Positions 23,609 through 29,186 of a stretch of 29,186 nucleotides of DNA are shown piece after piece. Made by a program: the position numbers and the translations under genes. Below the pieces are notes generated by a model. It was not told the origin of the DNA. It saw only the letters and a program-made list of their open reading frames with translations, and searched no databases. This DNA is from a virus (taxonomy: Duplodnaviria; Caudoviricetes), in the IMG/VR virus record IMGVR_UViG_3300037467_000879, positions 1-29,186 of that record. One strand, written 5' to 3'. Numbering within the stretch: the stretch's first letter is position 1; the number at the start of each line of letters is the position of its first letter.

Positions 23609-23885
23609 TGATCGCCTCCTGAGATTTGGTTTTTTCGTCCTGCAGCCGGAGCGCATCGGTGACGCGCTGATCGCCTGCGTTGTCGTCGGCGTGCTTGTCG
23701 GCGTTCGCGTTGGCCGCGCCCTGGCGGTCGTTCGCGGTAGCGACGACGCGGCGATCATGGATCTTCACTGCGACGAGGGCGGCGAACGCCAGTAGCAAAG
23801 CAGCGACGAGATAGATCAGCGGCCGCGCAAACCTGGCGAACTTCGGGCCAAGCCAGCCTTCGACAAGCGCGAGAAGCCAGGGCAT
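23505..23885 (-). CDS. i-spanin (Rz-like)
   Basis: N-terminal TM LIYLVAALLLAFAALVAV, helical periplasmic region, C-terminal Cys; overlapped-spanin architecture. Confidence 0.78.
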   Translation of the reverse strand: MPWLLALVEGWLGPKFARFARPLIYLVAALLLAFAALVAVKIHDRRVVATANDRQGAANANADKHADDNAGDQRVTDALRLQDEKTKSQEAINEAHRSGADPRAAYYQCVRKQQAARHAGQPSPAC

Positions 23886-24067
23886 CAGGCCACTCGCCCA
23901 ATGAGGGAGATGAGGAGGAGAATGGCGCCCAGTCCCAGCGGCAAAAGCGCGATGAAGTGCGCCATCGCCAAATTCTCCGAATTGTCCTCGGGCGCGAACC
24001 AGATCAGGACGCCAGCTGCCACGCTGAGCATCCCAACGGCGCCGAGAAGATCAAAGAAGAGTCTCAT
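23885..24067 (-). CDS. Small two-TM membrane protein (holin/antiholin-like)
   Basis: MRLFFDLLGAVGMLSVAAGVLIWF...FIALLPLGLGAILLLISLIG; AGGAG RBS. Confidence 0.65.
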   Translation of the reverse strand: MRLFFDLLGAVGMLSVAAGVLIWFAPEDNSENLAMAHFIALLPLGLGAILLLISLIGRVA

Positions 24068-24375
24068 AGCGGGTGATCTCCTGGCCAATTGCGGAAGCGG
24101 TGCGCATTCTCGTGGCAGACGATCCGCGCGTACTCGCCCGGGTAGGTGCAGGGGTCCGGCAGCACTTCGACCCCCTGAGTCGTCACGCACGCCTCAGTCG
24201 TCATGTTCTTCGGCGCGCGGCCGCAAAGATGGTCGACGGTTTCCTGCGATCGGGCATAGAGCACCGACGTCGTGCCAACGCCCCGCCAGCGAGCGGGCGG
24301 CCAGTGATCGTCGTATCGAGTCCCGAATCCGGTGGCGAGGGTCAGCGCGAGCAACGCGCTACGGAGCGCTATCAT
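24064..24375 (-). CDS. Small exported Cys-rich protein with HExxH motif
   Basis: Hydrophobic leader SALLALTLATG; four Cys; RIVCHENAH. Confidence 0.7.
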   Translation of the reverse strand: MIALRSALLALTLATGFGTRYDDHWPPARWRGVGTTSVLYARSQETVDHLCGRAPKNMTTEACVTTQGVEVLPDPCTYPGEYARIVCHENAHRFRNWPGDHPL

Positions 24376-24667
24376 CGCCTTGTTCGATCTTGAGCTTTGC
24401 GCTCAGCACTTCGGCCTCGATCGCGAGCTTGGAGCCGAGCAGCCGGTGCGAGCTGATCAGCACGATCGAGATCAGCGCCAGCATTCCGCACGAGATGTAG
24501 AACAGTTCGTTGGTGGCGCCGTGCTGCCGGAAATAGAGCAGGTTGCCGTAGAGGAAGAACGACAGCACGCCTGCGCCGCCGAGCGAGATCGCGAGCGCGA
24601 AGAACGCGAGCCCTTCTCGCCGCAGACAGGCGCGGCAGACGGCGACGATGAACTGCCCCGGGTTCAC
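24359..24667 (-). CDS. Two-TM holin candidate
   Basis: TM segments LAFFALAISLGGAGVLSFFLY and LFYISCGMLALISIVLI with a charged C-terminus; in the lysis cassette. Confidence 0.6.
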   Translation of the reverse strand: MNPGQFIVAVCRACLRREGLAFFALAISLGGAGVLSFFLYGNLLYFRQHGATNELFYISCGMLALISIVLISSHRLLGSKLAIEAEVLSAKLKIEQGDDSAP

Positions 24668-24867
24668 GACGCCACCGCCTTCAGGGTCGCCACAGCGCGC
24701 TCGTGAGCGAACGTCGGCACATGGATGGCGTGCAGCTCGGCGAGCGCTACCTCGGCGGCCAGGCGAAGCTCACCGCGCGTGCAATCGGCAACCTCGCTGA
24801 AGGGCGCGGCGGTCGGTTGCTCCCAAGGGCGCGGTCCGGTGTAGGTTCGCCTGACCACGCGCTTCAC
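24664..24867 (-). CDS. Hypothetical protein (67 aa)
   Basis: GTG start with GTGA overlaps at both ends. Confidence 0.55.
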   Translation of the reverse strand: MKRVVRRTYTGPRPWEQPTAAPFSEVADCTRGELRLAAEVALAELHAIHVPTFAHERAVATLKAVAS

Positions 24868-25085
24868 GGCCGCCGATCCCACATCTCGCCGCGGTGCTTG
24901 ACCGGGCGAAGGACCGTCACCGGCAGATAGTCCTTGCGGCCGCTCGGCCACGAAACCCACGTGAAGCCGTGTTCGACCTTGGCGACGATCAAGCCGACGC
25001 CCTTGCGCCCGGCCCACCGTACGAACTCGCCCGGAAGCGCATCGCCGCAATCGCGGATGGCGAGCAGCTTACGCAGCGAGCTCAC
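24864..25085 (-). CDS. Hypothetical protein (73 aa), possibly SH3/KOW-like beta barrel
   Basis: PGEFVRW...GVGLIV...TWVSW...YLPVTVLRPV; GTGA overlap with the lysin stop. Confidence 0.55.
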   Translation of the reverse strand: MSSLRKLLAIRDCGDALPGEFVRWAGRKGVGLIVAKVEHGFTWVSWPSGRKDYLPVTVLRPVKHRGEMWDRRP

Positions 25086-25513
25086 GACGCTTCGCCGAGA
25101 TAAAGGTGGGCTTCGGCCGCGCGGCGCTTGATCAAGCCGGGAAGCACCTTGTGATCGCAGTAGATCCACTTGCCGAATTCGCCGGCAGCAGCGGCATAAT
25201 CGCGCGCCCGGTGAAGGTGCAGCAGCGTCGACCCGGCGAACTTGGTCGGGCCCTCGTTGAAGACGAAGCTGACGAGCGCGTCGAATTGATTTTGCGTGCA
25301 GGGGAGCGCGAGGCGATTCACAGCCGCCTCAGCTTCCGCCAAGTCTTCCTCGAGCCAGGTCTCTGCCTGCGCCTCGGTGCAGGTCATGCCCGGCCTGACG
25401 CCGCGCGTGTGTCCGATGCCGATTGTCCAAACGCCGCGGCTGTCCTGGTAGGCTTTGAGCCTGCGGCCCTCGGCATCGCGGATCAGCCCTTCGCAGGCGG
25501 GCGACGGCATCAT
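25082..25513 (-). CDS. Endolysin, GH24 phage lysozyme
   Basis: EGRRLKAYQDSRGVWTIGIGHT (E-x8-D-x5-T triad), QNQFDALVSFVFN and LPGLIKRRAAE; no SAR anchor. Confidence 0.95.
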   Translation of the reverse strand: MMPSPACEGLIRDAEGRRLKAYQDSRGVWTIGIGHTRGVRPGMTCTEAQAETWLEEDLAEAEAAVNRLALPCTQNQFDALVSFVFNEGPTKFAGSTLLHLHRARDYAAAAGEFGKWIYCDHKVLPGLIKRRAAEAHLYLGEAS

Positions 25514-25914
25514 GGCTCGTCTCGCGCGGCCGTCCTGCGGTCGATCTCGGCAAGTTGTGCCAGCATGTCCGCCGGCGTCGTTTTCGTCTTGATGATCTCC
25601 TCGAGCTGCTCGACACGCCTGCGGAGGAAGGAGACCTCAAGCCGGAGCCGCTTATTCTCGGTTTCGAGAGCCGTCTTTTCGTCCGCTGCGGCGGCTTTCA
25701 CCGTCGCCAGTTCGGAACGCACCTCTTTCAGATCGCGGTCGAGGCGCTCGATTTCCGCCCATAGCCGGTCGGCGAGAAGGTCGTCGGCCTCGGCGTTGAG
25801 CTTGCGCGCCTCGGCTTCCTGTTTCGGATTGCGGGCGAGACGCCGCCAAAGCCATTGCAACCCGGGCACGAAGCCGACTGCGCCAGCCAGCGACGCCCAC
25901 CCGTCGACGCTCAC
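25510..25914 (-). CDS. Membrane-anchored coiled-coil protein preceding endolysin (holin-position gene)
   Basis: Short hydrophobic N-terminus then a long heptad region; ATGA overlap with the lysin. Confidence 0.7.
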   Translation of the reverse strand: MSVDGWASLAGAVGFVPGLQWLWRRLARNPKQEAEARKLNAEADDLLADRLWAEIERLDRDLKEVRSELATVKAAAADEKTALETENKRLRLEVSFLRRRVEQLEEIIKTKTTPADMLAQLAEIDRRTAARDEP

Positions 25915-26042
25915 GGGAGCATCCCATGTTCACGCATACTGACCCTCCCGGATGACCGCCCCCCCGGCGGCACTAGGTTGCTTCACCCATTATCTTGCAT
26001 TAGGAGAGCCCGCGCTCGGCCCTCGTGTGACGGAGGCTACGG

Positions 26043-26147
26043 TTGCTGCGCGGTGCTATTTGGCTGGTTGTGCTCGTTCTGCTCGCCGTTGCCGTCGTTG
26101 CATTCGCCCGCGGCGGATTGCCCTGGTGGCTCGACCTTCAGACTTAG
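26043..26147 (+). CDS. Putative 34-aa single-TM peptide antisense to the late operon (not in ORF track)
   Basis: GGAGG at 26032-26036, TTG start, MLRGAIWLVVLVLLAVAVVAFARGGLPWWLDLQT; stop overlaps the convergent stop at 26144. Confidence 0.5.
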   Translation: MLRGAIWLVVLVLLAVAVVAFARGGLPWWLDLQT

Positions 26148-26686
26148 GCGACCTCGATTTTCGTCACGAAGCAGTGCTGCGGATCAGTGCTGTAGCCGCT
26201 GGCAATTGTGGTTGACCCGTCGGCGCCGGACTTGAAGCCGATCGACGTTCCGGCGAGAGAATTGTGGCTCGCAAAGTTTGAGTTGGTGCCCATGTCGGCG
26301 CCTATGATGAGATCGTGCGTACCGTCGTAGGCAATCGAGAAGGGATCGCTGGTGATGCTGGCCGGCGCCGTGATGCTAAATCCAGCGTTGCCCCCGTTCC
26401 AGAAGACCTGAACTGGCGCACCAGAATAATCCCAAGTCCCTGAGCCCCGCGTGTTACAATAGCAATGGTTGAAGACCAGCACGGCGCCAGCCGAATTCCA
26501 AACTGAGAAAGTGATCCGCATCTGCGTCGCCGACATGTCAGTCAGCAGGGAAGCGGCAATCGCATTGCGCATGGTGAACCCGGCCCAACCGCCCTCATGG
26601 TCGTTGGGAGTCATTGAAAAGACGGTCGTCCACGAAAGCGCTGGCGCCGATGGATTTCTCATCCGAAGCGCTTTGAACGGCACCAC
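26144..26686 (-). CDS. Putative tail-fibre-associated / receptor-binding beta-rich protein
   Basis: AGGAAG then GTG just after the DUF2793 gene stop; Ser/Thr/Gly/aromatic-rich. Confidence 0.65.
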   Translation of the reverse strand: MVPFKALRMRNPSAPALSWTTVFSMTPNDHEGGWAGFTMRNAIAASLLTDMSATQMRITFSVWNSAGAVLVFNHCYCNTRGSGTWDYSGAPVQVFWNGGNAGFSITAPASITSDPFSIAYDGTHDLIIGADMGTNSNFASHNSLAGTSIGFKSGADGSTTIASGYSTDPQHCFVTKIEVA

Positions 26687-26688
26687 AG

Positions 26689-27360
26689 CTAGGCTTCCTG
26701 CGCTACGGCCACGACATCGATCTTGCTGTCGTCGGCGTTCCAGATGCAGCCGAGATACAGTGTCTTGCTGACAACTGTCGTTGTCGGCAGCGTCACGCCG
26801 ATAGCGCGGTATTGGGTGCCATAGGTGATCGCCCGAGCCGTGCCATTGTCCTTGATCCGGATTGCCATTCCCCACGCCGGAATTGACGTTCCGCTCCAAT
26901 TGGCGAGGGTCAGCGCGGCCGCCTGCGCGGTGATCTTCACCATGTCGTTGGAGAATGTCGGCGTAACGGTGGCCGCAGAAGTCACGGCCTGGACGTTGGG
27001 CGCGGCGGCCGTAACGCTCAGCGCCGCCCACGAGCTGCCGCCGTACTGAATCGCAGCGTTGCTCTCGTCAGCAACGGTCGCGACGAACCCCTGCTTCGCG
27101 GTCAGGAACACCCATGCGGTGTTCTCATAGAAGGCGATCTTTCCGTCCTTGCCGCTCCAATGTGTGCCGGTTGCGGACGTGGGCACGAGATAGCAATCGC
27201 CGTCTGCTGGCACCGCCGGCTCGGCCGTCGTCGTGCGGCTCTTGAAGGCGAAGGTGTTCGCGCCCTGCTCGACGTAGCGCGCGATCTCGTTGACCGTCGT
27301 CTCGGGCGTAGCCTGGCCGGAAACGAGCTCGGCGTAACCGAGGCGCGGTGATGTCGTCAT
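26689..27360 (-). CDS. DUF2793-domain tail fibre protein
   Basis: SPRLG...GQATPETTVNE...PADGDCYLVPTSATG.WSGKDGKIA...W.F; AAGGA RBS. Confidence 0.85.
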   Translation of the reverse strand: MTTSPRLGYAELVSGQATPETTVNEIARYVEQGANTFAFKSRTTTAEPAVPADGDCYLVPTSATGTHWSGKDGKIAFYENTAWVFLTAKQGFVATVADESNAAIQYGGSSWAALSVTAAAPNVQAVTSAATVTPTFSNDMVKITAQAAALTLANWSGTSIPAWGMAIRIKDNGTARAITYGTQYRAIGVTLPTTTVVSKTLYLGCIWNADDSKIDVVAVAQEA

Positions 27361-27399
27361 GCGCTAGAGTTCCTTGCTGTTTTCTGGTAGTCAGCGCGG

Positions 27400-27561
27400 G
27401 TGACTGACGATGAAAAGCGCTTGTTGATGCGGGTCGGTCAGGCCACAAATAAGATCGCGATGAACGTGATTATTCCGCCCGGAACATTTGCGATCGGCAT
27501 CGCCACCTCAATCATCGTGCCGCCTGGACTATTTTTGCTCGCACTAGTCCTAAGCCGCTAG
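27400..27561 (+). CDS. Putative 53-aa hydrophobic peptide antisense to the tail operon (not in ORF track)
   Basis: GTG...TAG open frame spanning a lower-GC intergenic gap: MTDDEKRLLMRVGQATNKIAMNVIIPPGTFAIGIATSIIVPPGLFLLALVLSR. Confidence 0.35.
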   Translation: MTDDEKRLLMRVGQATNKIAMNVIIPPGTFAIGIATSIIVPPGLFLLALVLSR

Positions 27562-29186
27562 CGCGAAGCCCCGGCCGACGGTCGAGCTGATCTGATAGGC
27601 TTTGATGTTCGGCGGCGTCGGCAGGGTGATGCCGTCCGCAGCAGCCATTGCCGCCGTGTAGGTGAAGATGTTCGTGCCGCTCAGTGGAATTGTCCGCTTG
27701 AACGTAACGCCGTTGTAGATGTCGACCTCATAAGCCTCGGTGGTCTCGCCGAGCGCAATCGTGCCGCCGCCGCTCGTCCAGGAGCCGCCAACGCGTGTCC
27801 GGCGCGTGATCGTGCCCGTGAGGTTCGTGCCATCCCAAGCCCATTTGACGCTTGCGGGCGCATAGGGCTTGAGCGTGTTCGCCGCGAAGGTCAGGTCGAT
27901 CTCCACGGCCGAATCCACATCGCGGCCGAGCGACTGCACCTTGAACGCCAGCCCCATCCCAATCTGGTCGGTGCCGATGGTCTCCGCTGCCGCCCCGTTC
28001 AGCACGAGCAGCAGGTCGCCCGCGGTGTGCGTTCCGACGTTCCCTTCAGTGCCGCGCCGGCCGCGTTTGAAGCCGCTGAGCGTGTAGAGGTTGGCGTTGC
28101 CGCTCGTGCCAGTCAGCGTGGCCGTAGCGAACTGCAAAAACTCCCACCTTCCCACGTCGCCGAGGGCAACGAGGTTCAGCGACGGGTCGGCATTGATTTC
28201 GGCTTCGGTCGCGCTCGTCAACGTCCCGAACACGGAAAGACTGAGCGTGTTGCCTCGGTCCCAAAGGTTCGGATTTGCCGAGCCGAGCGTCGATGAGGCG
28301 AGACCCCAGGTCGCGCGGTGAGCATCGTCGACCGAAGCGAAGATCGTACTGAAATCTCCGCCCACGCCTTCGTTGACAGTCGCGCCTGGCCATGTTCCGC
28401 CGTAGCTGCCGGCTGCATAATAGATTACCGGGTTGACGTCGTTATCGGCGTCACGAACGAGCGGAGCATCGAGAATGAAGCCCTTGCTCGGCGATGGAAC
28501 ATAAATCGTCTGCACTGGCTGATTGTTCGCCGGAGCGCCAGCTGTCGCCGAATTGAGCAGCGCAACCGAACTTTCGTCGCGCACCCATTCGCATTGCAGG
28601 CCGTCCTTGCCGATCGTCAGCTTATTCAGGCGGACGTTGCGCATGCGGCCGTCGAGCGAGAGCGTCGTCACGTCGCCGGGCTCAAACGCGAGGTGCTGCG
28701 CGGTGAGCTTGTTTTTAGTCGTGTCTCGGCTGATCCAGGAGCGCTGCAGATAGCGGTCCGCTTTCTGCTGCGCCCCGTCGGCATGATCCGCCCAGGTTGA
28801 GAGGTCGACGGTCTCTTCGCGCGTCGTATCGACGGCGTCGAACGGCCGCTGCGCGATGGCATTGTTCGGCTGCTGCTCGTGATCGACGTCGGCGAAGTTG
28901 AAGGTCAGCTTCCGCGGCAGATCCGTGTCCTGCGTGATCGTCACGGTGTAGCGATCTTCGGAGCCCGACCTCACGAAGTCTTCAGTCAGGATGGTGCCGG
29001 AAGGCGCGGCGCCACGGTTGACGAACTGGACGATGAAATCATGTGGGCGGCAGTCGACGTCGTGAATGTCGAGCAGCGGGCCGATCATGTCCTTGCCCGA
29101 GCCCTGGCTCACGGAATATCCGAGCACCGTCTGCGTCAGCGCCGACGTGTCCTGCCCGGTGAGGCCGCACCAGCCTGCCACGGTAT
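27550..29186 (-). CDS. GTA g15-like tail tip / host-specificity protein (5' end beyond window)
   Basis: QDTDLPRKL, LAFEPGDV, LDAP, WEFLQFATATL, LSGFKRGRRGTE, RRTRVGGSW, LGETTEAYEVDI and YQISSTVGRG motifs. Confidence 0.88.
   Translation of the reverse strand, partial: TVAGWCGLTGQDTSALTQTVLGYSVSQGSGKDMIGPLLDIHDVDCRPHDFIVQFVNRGAAPSGTILTEDFVRSGSEDRYTVTITQDTDLPRKLTFNFADVDHEQQPNNAIAQRPFDAVDTTREETVDLSTWADHADGAQQKADRYLQRSWISRDTTKNKLTAQHLAFEPGDVTTLSLDGRMRNVRLNKLTIGKDGLQCEWVRDESSVALLNSATAGAPANNQPVQTIYVPSPSKGFILDAPLVRDADNDVNPVIYYAAGSYGGTWPGATVNEGVGGDFSTIFASVDDAHRATWGLASSTLGSANPNLWDRGNTLSLSVFGTLTSATEAEINADPSLNLVALGDVGRWEFLQFATATLTGTSGNANLYTLSGFKRGRRGTEGNVGTHTAGDLLLVLNGAAAETIGTDQIGMGLAFKVQSLGRDVDSAVEIDLTFAANTLKPYAPASVKWAWDGTNLTGTITRRTRVGGSWTSGGGTIALGETTEAYEVDIYNGVTFKRTIPLSGTNIFTYTAAMAAADGITLPTPPNIKAYQISSTVGRGFALAA

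Larger units (their letters stand above)
1..29186. mobile_element. Temperate siphophage genome segment (HK97-like head, lambdoid immunity switch, GTA-like tail tip), excised/circular configuration
   Basis: Capsid, portal, terminase, cI/cro, integrase, lysin, spanins and tail genes are present with no host housekeeping genes. Late genes run off both edges on the minus strand and attP is internal. Confidence 0.95.

Noticed and set aside
26687-27031. Programmed frameshift fusing the DUF2793 gene to the downstream gene (ORF 26144..27031 overlaps it)
   Set aside because: No evident slippery heptamer, the overlap translation looks like off-frame sequence, and the downstream gene has its own RBS and GTG at 26686.

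Overview
The window is about 29 kb of a GC-rich, lambda/HK97-like temperate siphophage, probably infecting an Alphaproteobacterium such as a sphingomonad (host is an inference). It appears to be in its excised/circular form, because phage genes flank an intact attP at about 21300-21470 whose core matches a tRNA-Trp-like 3' end. From left to right: a minus-strand head module (20-aa-repeat fibre-like gene missed by the ORF track, HK97 capsid, ClpP-type protease, portal, TerL, cupin, HNH, candidate cos); a minus-strand late-regulator and replication module (DUF1376/YdaU initiator with internal iterons, HNH-like pair, RusA, GIY-YIG, cII-like, cro); a cI/cro switch with visible operators; a plus-strand early operon (RecE-like nuclease, DUF6745-type repeat protein plus His-rich partner, Sak4-like ATPase, many small ORFs, xis-like gene, integrase); attP; then the minus-strand end of the late operon (secreted Calx-beta/DUF1996 protein, an expanded lysis cassette, DUF2793 fibre, GTA-like tail tip). 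The most striking signal is an in-frame array of 40 x 12-bp units (AGCCAGCTC+NNC, encoding SQL[D/R/G/Y]) in which essentially only two bases per unit vary. It lies inside a two-gene module of unknown function placed between the phage exonuclease and recombinase. Family assignments come from motif recognition; no database searches were run.
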